Origin: a virus
Taxonomy: Duplodnaviria > Heunggongvirae > Uroviricota > Caudoviricetes
DNA length: 6,532 nucleotides
Strand: one strand, 5' to 3'
IMG/VR virus record: IMGVR_UViG_2660238548_000019
A program made the translations under genes and the position numbers. How positions within the stretch are numbered: the first letter of the stretch is position 1; the number at the start of each line of letters is the position of its first letter. Below the pieces are notes generated by a model. The model was given only the letters and a program-made list of their open reading frames with translations. It made no database searches and was not told the DNA's origin. Positions 1 to 5,414 of this stretch are shown one piece after another.

Positions 1-56
1 CCGCACAGGGGGATTCACCATGCAGAAGTGTTTTTAATAAACAGCAAACAAAAAAA

Positions 57-224
57 TCAAGCATTATGCAGGCTGTTTCTTTTTATCACCGGCCACAGCA
101 ATACCACAATGCCGCAGACCAGCACCCCATCCGCCAGCACCGACATGATTCTGGTGGTGAAATCCACCATCACCACCAGAAACAGCAGGAGTGCAGCCAC
201 AGCCAGGCGCAGTTTTACCGTCAC
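57..224 (-). CDS. hypothetical small hydrophobic protein (55 aa), translationally coupled to the upstream TerB-like gene
   Basis: Not in the ORF track (below its size cutoff). GTG start at 224-222 overlaps the TerB-like stop (GTGA). GGAGA lies 7 nt upstream. Translation MTVKLRLAVAALLLFLVVMVDFTTRIMSVLADGVLVCGIVVLLWPVIKRNSLHNA has two hydrophobic stretches. TGA at 59-57. It shares this region with track ORF 64..351 in another frame; neither is proven. Confidence 0.3.
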   Translation of the reverse strand: MTVKLRLAVAALLLFLVVMVDFTTRIMSVLADGVLVCGIVVLLWPVIKRNSLHNA

Positions 225-652
225 AGGTGATTCTCCAGACGAAGACCCAGAACACCGGCAATCTCTTCCAGCACCTTGCGCTCTTCCGGCTCAATTTCGC
301 CGTCTGCCTCCGCAATGGCCACCGCCACATCCAGCACATCTTCCGCTTCACGCGTATCGTGTTTCACATCCTCAATCTCGCGTAACGCGGCACGACGACC
401 AATTTTAAAATTGGTATCCAGCTGACCGATAATGGTTGCGCTAATCGCATTAATTTCCGAGGTAAACGCAGACAACGCAGGCTGATTACGTAAGACCTGT
501 TCGATCTTCGCTTTCTCGGATGCCTCGCATTCACCATCTGCATAGGCCACCAGGTATGCAGCGTTAATCACCGCCTGTGCCAGATCGCGTTTCTCAAACT
601 TTTTAATTTCCGCTGCCGCTCTGCGGGTTTTCTTTTTGAAGATTCCAAACAT
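221..652 (-). CDS. TerB-like (tellurite-resistance TerB domain family) protein, 143 aa
   Basis: Track ORF 221..724; I place the start at the internal ATG 652-650 (MFGIFKKK...) because AAGGA sits about 7 nt upstream. Helical acidic sequence with ...AYADGECEASEKAKIEQ... and ...IAEADGEIEPEERKVLEEIAGVLGL, which matches my recollection of TerB-domain proteins. Confidence 0.65.
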   Translation of the reverse strand: MFGIFKKKTRRAAAEIKKFEKRDLAQAVINAAYLVAYADGECEASEKAKIEQVLRNQPALSAFTSEINAISATIIGQLDTNFKIGRRAALREIEDVKHDTREAEDVLDVAVAIAEADGEIEPEERKVLEEIAGVLGLRLENHL

Positions 653-784
653 CGTGACGTTCCTTTGGGTGGGTGAGCCAACGCCCGGGAGCGATCTGCC
701 CACAGAGAAAGTCACACTGACCACTCCGTAAGCTCACCCCCGAAAGGCTCTGTGGTTGATATGCGCCGGGCGTGGCGCAGATAC

Positions 785-808
785 AAAAAAGGCCCGCCGA
801 AGCGAGCC
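785..808 (-). terminator. intrinsic terminator after the tRNA cluster
   Basis: Minus strand: stem GGCTCGC / GCGGGCC (one G-U) with a TTCG loop (plus 791-808), followed by T6 (plus A6 at 785-790), immediately 3' of the last tRNA. Confidence 0.55.
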
Positions 809-821
809 TGGAAAATAAGTG

Positions 822-898
822 TGGCGCGTTGTAGTGGAGTCTAACCACTGACCGATTGCTTAGAAGGCAATTGCTCTGTCCGGCTGAGCTAACAACAC
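822..898 (-). tRNA. tRNA-Arg, anticodon UCU (reads AGA)
   Basis: Hand-folded cloverleaf on the minus strand: 7-bp acceptor stem (one U-G), D stem GCTC/GAGC, anticodon stem ATTGC/GCAAT with loop CTTCTAA, T stem AGTGG/CCACT, discriminator G and encoded CCA. The T-loop TTAGACT is atypical. Confidence 0.75.
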
Positions 899-911
899 AG
901 TGTGCAGATAA

Positions 912-988
912 TGGACCGCCATCGAGGACTCGAACCCCGCGCAACCAGCTTCGAAGGCTGACGCTCTATCCCGATGAGCTAATGGCGG
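912..988 (-). tRNA. tRNA-Arg, anticodon UCG (reads CGA)
   Basis: Hand-folded cloverleaf: acceptor CCGCCAT/ATGGCGG, D stem GCTC/GAGC, anticodon loop CTTCGAA, T arm CGGGG-TTCGAGT-CCTCG, encoded CCA. Confidence 0.75.
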
Positions 989-995
989 TATGTGA

Positions 996-1071
996 TGGTG
1001 GCCCTTGCTGGATTTGAACCAGCGACCTGGCGATTATGAGTCGCTCGCTCTCACCACTGAGCTAAAGGGCC
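996..1071 (-). tRNA. tRNA with anticodon CAU, most likely tRNA-Ile2 (lysidine type, reads AUA); elongator Met not excluded
   Basis: Reverse complement GGCCCTTTAGCTCAGTGGTGAGAGCGAGCGACTCATAATCGCCAGGTCGCTGGTTCAAATCCAGCAAGGGCCACCA folds as a cloverleaf and closely resembles E. coli tRNA-Ile2 as I recall it. Together with the two Arg tRNAs it matches the ileZ-argN-argO trio of lambdoid and Stx-type phages. Confidence 0.85.
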
Positions 1072-1111
1072 GGGCGCAGGATAATAACGGTACGTAACTA
1101 ATTCTGCAATA

Positions 1112-1306
1112 TCATCCGTTCTGACTGACTACATTCTGAACTTCCCTGACCGTCTGCTCAAAACGCCCGCTCTCCAGCTCAACGCCAATTGCACGACGCC
1201 CCAGCGCCATTGCTGCTTTGACGCTACGGACATAAAAAAGCCAGCCACTGGGGGAGGCTGGCAAACTCGTAGAGCAAAATGCTGTTACGCAAACTTCGTT
1301 ACAGGG
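1112..1306 (-). pseudogene. possible 3' remnant of a DNA methyltransferase gene (C-terminal motif only)
   Basis: A minus-strand frame open from 1306 to TGA 1114-1112 ends ...SVKAAMALGRRAIGVELESGRFEQTVREVQNVVSQNG. The AAxxLGRRxIGxE stretch resembles the region just after the GSGTT AdoMet motif of amino-methyltransferases, but no GSGTT precedes it. Resemblance to methyltransferases stops near the hairpin at 1234-1262. Confidence 0.25.
1234..1262 (-). terminator. candidate intrinsic terminator (or junction hairpin)
   Basis: Minus strand: stem GCCAGCC / GGCTGGC (plus 1240-1246 and 1256-1262) with a 9-nt loop, followed by T6 (plus A6 at 1234-1239). Confidence 0.45.
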
Positions 1307-1437
1307 TTATCCTGCAATACTTAAAATACACAATATTTAGAAAACTAATAGTGCCATATGCGATTTTTAAGATTTTGTTATTAATTGCTGTCGCACCTTT
1401 CTAAGGGGGGCAGGGTAACCCACAGAATTCCGGATAC

Positions 1438-1461
1438 AAAAAACCCGCGCATCGGCGGGTT
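1438..1461 (-). terminator. intrinsic terminator downstream of the specificity gene
   Basis: Minus strand reads AACCCGC-CGATGC-GCGGGTT followed by a T-run (plus A6 at 1438-1443), about 65 nt past the stop of the 1527..2621 gene. Confidence 0.55.
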
Positions 1462-1526
1462 AAGCAGCGTGGCAATGTAACCATTCTTATCATGATATGA
1501 GGATTTTTACGATTGTAAAATGTTTT

Positions 1527-2621
1527 TTAACTGACACCAGAATCATCATAACCGCGACTTGTTATAGCTTGCCTGTATGCGTTCATTTTGCGTTCTGCGT
1601 ACTGGACAACATCTTTAATGACAAGCTTATGAACAACTGAAATAAGGTCATTTATATAACAAAAGTCAGGTGACTTATTTTTCACTGGCAACCAAATAAC
1701 ATCGTTCTTAATTTTTCTATTACTAACACTATCCCCCCATGAATATTTATGTGAAATAGACCTATAAATACATGAAATAATGCCCAAATAAGCAAACTTT
1801 GTCCTTCCATCCTCATTGTTAACATAGAGTCGCAAATTATGACTGTCGTTTGAAAAAAAGTCTCGCTCCTGATAAGTTACAACGAATGTCTTACCACCAA
1901 TAAAAATACAGTTCCCTTTTTCCAAGAGTGAGTCATCATAGGCGATATAAGAACTAACAGAGTTATTATCACGGCTAGCACAAAGATAAGGAACATCCCC
2001 ACTATTTTCTATGATGTCTCTAGACAATATGTTTCCTGTATTGCACACTGAGAATAACTCAGTAACAGGAAAGCCTGAAAATTCAATATTTTTAAAATGC
2101 TCCAGGATAAGATAATCTTTTTCCGTTAGTTGGTAATCACTCAGCCCAGCAGCTATCAGGTATGCTTCCAGCTCTTCTATATGGGCCGCTTCCAGCTCTT
2201 CTATATAATTATCCATAAAAAACCAGTCAATTTCATTATTTTTCACTGGTAATGAGATGAAATATTCTCCATCTCTGAGTTTGGAACTCGATAACTGTTG
2301 ACCATAATTAAAACGCCCCTTTAAAGCTTTATTAATCATACTGGCAACATACAGTCCGCGCTTTGCATTAAAGTCGGACTTACTTGATTTTAATGTAAGA
2401 ACATGCACCTTCATTTCTACGCTGGCACAATAAGGATGATAAAAAGCATCTCCAAAAAAATTAACGCTTATAAAATTTTCATAATGCCTTGCATCATCCA
2501 TAAACTCGGTATCAAACTCTCCGATGATACCGTTTTGATCGCTCTTTGCTGAAACACGTTTGATTTTGCCTGGTTTTAATCTTCCTGAGGAGATAAGCGA
2601 GCCTGTGCTCACATAGAACAA
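1527..2621 (-). CDS. specificity subunit with two target-recognition domains (HsdS-like; comparable to BcgI B subunit)
   Basis: Track ORF starts at TTG 2621 with AGGA 8 nt upstream. The protein has an internal duplication typical of two-TRD specificity subunits: TRD starts VEWGEFRIGDLFYVSTGSLI versus IEFSGFPVTELFSVCNTGNIL, and TRD ends SKLRDGEYFISLPVKNNEIDWFF versus SNRKIKNDVIWLPVKNKSPDFCY. The first TRD-start motif lies upstream of the TTG in the same frame (open back to TGA 2705-2703) with no ATG/GTG/TTG, so the true N-terminus is unresolved. Confidence 0.6.
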   Translation of the reverse strand: MFYVSTGSLISSGRLKPGKIKRVSAKSDQNGIIGEFDTEFMDDARHYENFISVNFFGDAFYHPYCASVEMKVHVLTLKSSKSDFNAKRGLYVASMINKALKGRFNYGQQLSSSKLRDGEYFISLPVKNNEIDWFFMDNYIEELEAAHIEELEAYLIAAGLSDYQLTEKDYLILEHFKNIEFSGFPVTELFSVCNTGNILSRDIIENSGDVPYLCASRDNNSVSSYIAYDDSLLEKGNCIFIGGKTFVVTYQERDFFSNDSHNLRLYVNNEDGRTKFAYLGIISCIYRSISHKYSWGDSVSNRKIKNDVIWLPVKNKSPDFCYINDLISVVHKLVIKDVVQYAERKMNAYRQAITSRGYDDSGVS

Positions 2622-2640
2622 ATCGCCAATCCTGAACTCT

Positions 2641-2690
2641 CCCCACTCAACGCTTCTTAATTTATCGCTGAGCGGGGAATTTACTTTCCC
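2641..2690 (-). promoter_or_regulatory. candidate programmed -1 ribosomal frameshift cassette (slippery heptamer, spacer, hairpin) at the junction of the two R-M genes
   Basis: In the frame of the large gene the last codons are GCG GGA AAG TAA, giving heptamer G_GGA_AAG (minus 2690-2684, X_XXY_YYZ pattern) directly before the stop. A 6-nt spacer (TAAATT) is followed by a hairpin with 12-bp stem CCCCGCTCAGCG / CGTTGAGTGGGG (two G-U pairs, 13-nt loop; plus 2641-2677). The -1 frame after the slip reads GTA AAT TCC CCG..., which is the specificity-gene frame. Confidence 0.35.
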
Positions 2691-4642
2691 GCAAAATTGT
2701 TTTCACCTTGTTTTTTCAGTAATTGCGAGACCTCCCATGCAAGGTAATCACCTACCGTCTTTTTGAAATCCTCCAGCGTTGGCCTAGCATCTACTGGCCT
2801 GGTCTGATTCCAGTCCTCACCACTATCAGGATCGATTGTTCCCTCAAAATATTCATCCTCCGTAAAGATATTAAGGCAACCTTTCCCGAAGTGAACCAGA
2901 TCCACAACCTCCTGATAACGCTCTTTTGCACGATCGGCATCAACAAGATTGTTTCTTGCCTTTTTGCGATTAGAGCGAGCGTAGCCGTCATTGGAAAAGT
3001 CGATAAACTTAACAGCCTGTTTCGCGTTATGCGGAATTTTTACCTGAAAAACGTAAATGTACGTCTGAACGCTTGATTTACCAATAAACAGATCCGCAGG
3101 CATTTTGATGCTTGCCAGCAAGGTATTTTCCTTGAGTATTTTTTTGTTGTACTCCGTAGCCTTTCCTGTGCCAGCTGAACTCTGGATAATCACTGCAGCA
3201 TAGCCTTTATCCATCATCGACAGCGCCTTCTGCACGAAAATCATGCCGTTACCTTTAGCTGAATACGGAGGATTGAGAATAAATGCGTCCGCAGGGAATT
3301 TTTCTCCTGTTTTCCCAAATCCATACTTGCCGTCAAAATCGGCCAGCGAGTCTTTATTGAGGATATTCGAGCTACCATCCCCCATCAAAATCATATTCAG
3401 GATGGCCAGCATATAAATACTGGATAACACCTCAAGGCCAAGAAGCTGTTCAGCCTTGATTTGCGCTTCCTTAAGTTGTAGTTCGTTCGGTGAGTGAATA
3501 TTTTCTCTGGCGTCAATGAGCATTTCATTCATTGCAGCCACAAGCAATCCCGCAGAACCTGTAGCAAAATCCCACACATAGGAATCTTTGTTTACTCTGG
3601 CGAGTCGTGCCAGCAATGTGGCAACATAAGGTGGTGTCAGAACGACGTCATTGAGCTTGTCCTGCGTAAATCCAAGCCAGCGATACATCTCATTAAACAG
3701 TTTGCCCGTAAAATCGGTGGTCAGTCCAATTTTGTAATACTCCCCAAGATCATCAACAACTTTAACAAACACGCGCTTTAACTGGCTTTCACCGTTGACT
3801 GGTTTGTTAATGTTTTCAGTCCACAGCGTATTTTGCAACGAGCGCAAAATCATTTCTCTTTTTGTTTCAGGAACAGCTTTCAGCCTTAAAAAATTCCTTA
3901 TTTTCCTGAAAATAATATCACCATCACGCAAGTCCTCCTCCGTTGAAGAGGTCAGTTCTTTTTTATCCAGCGGTGCTAACTTTCCCGGAATCCCCAACGT
4001 TGCAATAACGGTAGCCACAACAAGGTAAACACGATCACTTTCACCAAGCCCCTTTTCATTCTGGTAAATATCGTTATTCAGACGGGAAAGTCGCGTGTCT
4101 ATCTCTTCCTCTTTGCTGGCCTTGATTTTTTCCAGTTCTTCGGGAGGAAGATTAAGCAGCTTTATCTTGTTGAGAAATCCATCAACATTTTTATCAGCAA
4201 GGAACGATAAGTCGGTGAATTCACCAACCTTCTGTCCGGCTCCTAAATTATTCTTTGATACGTACCACACGCCGATTTCATGATGCAGTTCGCCTGTACC
4301 ATCATCGCGCCAGCCGGTCATACCAATAGCAATAATATCAGGGTAATTGGTGAACTGAAGAAGTGCGTTGGCATAATGGACTGCGCCATTCACCGCGTAT
4401 CCATTAATATTTTTAAAATTCCATTCTTTTCTGGCATCTTTGTTCTCAATAATACCGTTGCTGCCAAGTCTGATAAGCCTGTCCTTGTAGCCTTTATACT
4501 CGATGAGAACGGGATACTGCTTGCCGTATTTGTCCTTAACAAGGAGTTTTACGTCGGGACGATTACCGCCTGCGCCGCCATTTTTCGAAAAATAAGCGTC
4601 CAGTGCGTTATCGATCTCTCCGTTAAGTGATGCATTCTGCAA
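2681..4642 (-). CDS. restriction-modification polypeptide: N-terminal PD-(D/E)xK nuclease-like region plus gamma-class N6-adenine DNA methyltransferase (Type IIB BcgI-A-like); 5' end probably extends through the heptamer repeat to ATG 4881 after a frame restoration
   Basis: Track ORF of 653 aa starting at TTG 4642. Motifs read in the translation: RPD (aa 28-30) then EYK (aa 48-50), a PD-x17-ExK spacing; VVLTPPYVATLL (motif X) then WDFATGSAG (motif I) then FILNPPYS (motif IV), the gamma-class order. Size and two-gene layout match my recollection of BcgI (A about 637 aa, B about 341 aa). The frame stays open upstream of 4642 through the whole repeat as plausible protein (...TSSKSRKSVKSVEPEITELANSWLKSYRLDYK) with no in-frame start, until a stop at 4888-4886. 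Confidence 0.6.
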   Translation of the reverse strand: MQNASLNGEIDNALDAYFSKNGGAGGNRPDVKLLVKDKYGKQYPVLIEYKGYKDRLIRLGSNGIIENKDARKEWNFKNINGYAVNGAVHYANALLQFTNYPDIIAIGMTGWRDDGTGELHHEIGVWYVSKNNLGAGQKVGEFTDLSFLADKNVDGFLNKIKLLNLPPEELEKIKASKEEEIDTRLSRLNNDIYQNEKGLGESDRVYLVVATVIATLGIPGKLAPLDKKELTSSTEEDLRDGDIIFRKIRNFLRLKAVPETKREMILRSLQNTLWTENINKPVNGESQLKRVFVKVVDDLGEYYKIGLTTDFTGKLFNEMYRWLGFTQDKLNDVVLTPPYVATLLARLARVNKDSYVWDFATGSAGLLVAAMNEMLIDARENIHSPNELQLKEAQIKAEQLLGLEVLSSIYMLAILNMILMGDGSSNILNKDSLADFDGKYGFGKTGEKFPADAFILNPPYSAKGNGMIFVQKALSMMDKGYAAVIIQSSAGTGKATEYNKKILKENTLLASIKMPADLFIGKSSVQTYIYVFQVKIPHNAKQAVKFIDFSNDGYARSNRKKARNNLVDADRAKERYQEVVDLVHFGKGCLNIFTEDEYFEGTIDPDSGEDWNQTRPVDARPTLEDFKKTVGDYLAWEVSQLLKKQGENNFAGK

Positions 4643-4732
4643 CTTGTAATCAAGCCTGTAAGATTTAAGCCATGAGTTCGCCAGTTCGGTAATTTCCGGC
4701 TCAACAGATTTTACAGACTTTCTTGATTTACT

Positions 4733-4872
4733 GCTGGTCGCTGGTCGCTGGTCGCTGGTCGCTGGTCGCTGGTCGCTGGTCGCTGGTCGCTGGTCGCTGG
4801 TCGCTGGTCGCTGGTCGCTGGTCGCTGGTCGCTGGTCGCTGGTCGCTGGTCGCTGGTCGCTGGTCGCTGGTC
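4733..4872. repeat. perfect tandem heptanucleotide repeat (GCTGGTC)x20 (140 bp); GACCAGC on the coding strand
   Basis: Counted directly: 20 uninterrupted 7-bp units from 4733 to 4872. Because 7 is not a multiple of 3, all three frames translate the same heptad (TSDQRPA) with no stop codons. Confidence 0.97.
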
Positions 4873-5055
4873 TGGCAGCATAAAATCATCCTTTTATGAA
4901 AATCAACGTTTTTTGAGCACTCGCACACAAAAAATTACCGCATTGGTTGCAACGACAACCTTCATTTTGCGGAGCATATGACAAATAAAGTACGGGTGCG
5001 TTGAGGATGCCAGACACATCAGAGGTGGCGGGAGATTACTCCCCTGCCTGGTCTC

Positions 5056-5211
5056 TTACTTCTCAGATTCGTAGTCTACGAAGACAGCGACCTCCGTCTG
5101 GCCGGTTCGGATTCGTACCTCGCAGAAGTCTTTCCTCGTTACCAGTGCTATCACTACGACGGTAATACAGATGACGATCAGGGCGATTAACATCGCCTTT
5201 TGCTGCTTCAT
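5056..5211 (-). CDS. hok: Hok/Gef-family type I toxin (51 aa)
   Basis: Not in the ORF track. ATG 5211-5209, TAA 5058-5056. Translation MKQQKAMLIALIVICITVVVIALVTRKDFCEVRIRTGQTEVAVFVDYESEK is a classic Hok/Gef/RelF-like sequence. The leader just upstream reads AGGCAAGGAGAAGTAGGCTATG, like the hok leader of plasmid R1 as I recall it. Confidence 0.85.
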   Translation of the reverse strand: MKQQKAMLIALIVICITVVVIALVTRKDFCEVRIRTGQTEVAVFVDYESEK

Positions 5212-5214
5212 AGC

Positions 5215-5268
5215 CTACTTCTCCTTGCCTTTCGGCACGTAAGAGGCTAACCTAAGTTTGTAAGTCAT
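5215..5268 (-). CDS. mok-like leader ORF (17 aa) ending 3 nt before the hok start
   Basis: ATG 5268-5266 to TAG 5217-5215, translation MTYKLRLASLRAEGKEK. Its position matches the mok/hok coupling arrangement, but it is much shorter than R1 mok. Confidence 0.35.
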   Translation of the reverse strand: MTYKLRLASYVPKGKEK

Positions 5269-5386
5269 AGATTTGGCCTCAGATTAATGTTAAGCGTCCT
5301 GCAAGACGCGTAATGTTAACTGGGGCTTTTCTCTGTCTGCCTTACGGCTGCATGCCCGAGGCAGACAGCCTCAAGCACCCGCAGCT

Positions 5387-5414
5387 ATTCTACAGTAAAA
5401 ACTCGCGCTTTCAA
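5387..5414 (-). promoter_or_regulatory. sigma70-type promoter, most likely for the hok mRNA; -35 overlaps the Q stop codon
   Basis: Minus strand: -35 TTGAAA (5414-5409), 16-nt spacer, -10 TAGAAT (5392-5387), putative start near 5380 at GGGTGCTTGAGGCTGTCTGCCTC, which resembles the 5' end of R1 hok mRNA. A 9-bp stem hairpin (5333-5368) follows. Confidence 0.45.

Noticed and set aside
28-408. Plus-strand track ORFs 28..408 and 191..385
   Set aside because: They are antisense to the TerB-like gene and the small coupled ORF, with no ribosome-binding sites; treated as shadow ORFs.
57-820. Shiga toxin genes downstream of the tRNA trio
   Set aside because: Searched for because stxAB follows these tRNAs in Stx phages; the only ORFs are the TerB-like protein and a small hydrophobic ORF, with no A/B toxin-like pair.
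603-944. Track ORF (113 aa) spanning the TerB upstream region and two tRNA genes
   Set aside because: It overlaps two well-folded tRNA genes and a terminator and has no start context; spurious.
1263-1435. Assigning the Q-dependent late promoter to the AT-rich interval between the two terminators
   Set aside because: I could not find a convincing -35/-10 pair by eye; kept only as a possibility within the cargo finding.
2723-4630. Plus-strand track ORFs 2723..3076, 3494..3781, 3795..4028, 4095..4283, 4280..4630 and minus-strand 2791..2991
   Set aside because: All lie inside the 653-aa R-M gene in other frames or on the opposite strand, in AT-rich sequence where chance ORFs are common; their translations are low-complexity.
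1527-4642. Classifying the module as a Type I system (hsdM plus hsdS)
   Set aside because: No HsdR-like helicase gene is present in the operon, and the large protein carries an N-terminal PD-x17-ExK signature; the sizes fit Type IIB A/B subunits better. It cannot be fully excluded without a homology search.
4733-4872. Tandem repeat array considered as a CRISPR array
   Set aside because: Units are 7 bp, perfectly contiguous, with no spacers, and lie inside a coding region; this is a simple-sequence repeat.
4728-4928. Track ORF (66 aa, repeat-encoded QTSDQRPA...) as a standalone protein
   Set aside because: It is one of three stop-free frames through the heptamer repeat and is better explained as the out-of-frame N-terminal leader of the downstream R-M gene.
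5230-5330. Annotating a discrete Sok antisense RNA gene
   Set aside because: A sok-like antisense is expected here, but I could not identify a convincing plus-strand promoter and terminator pair, so no feature is called.
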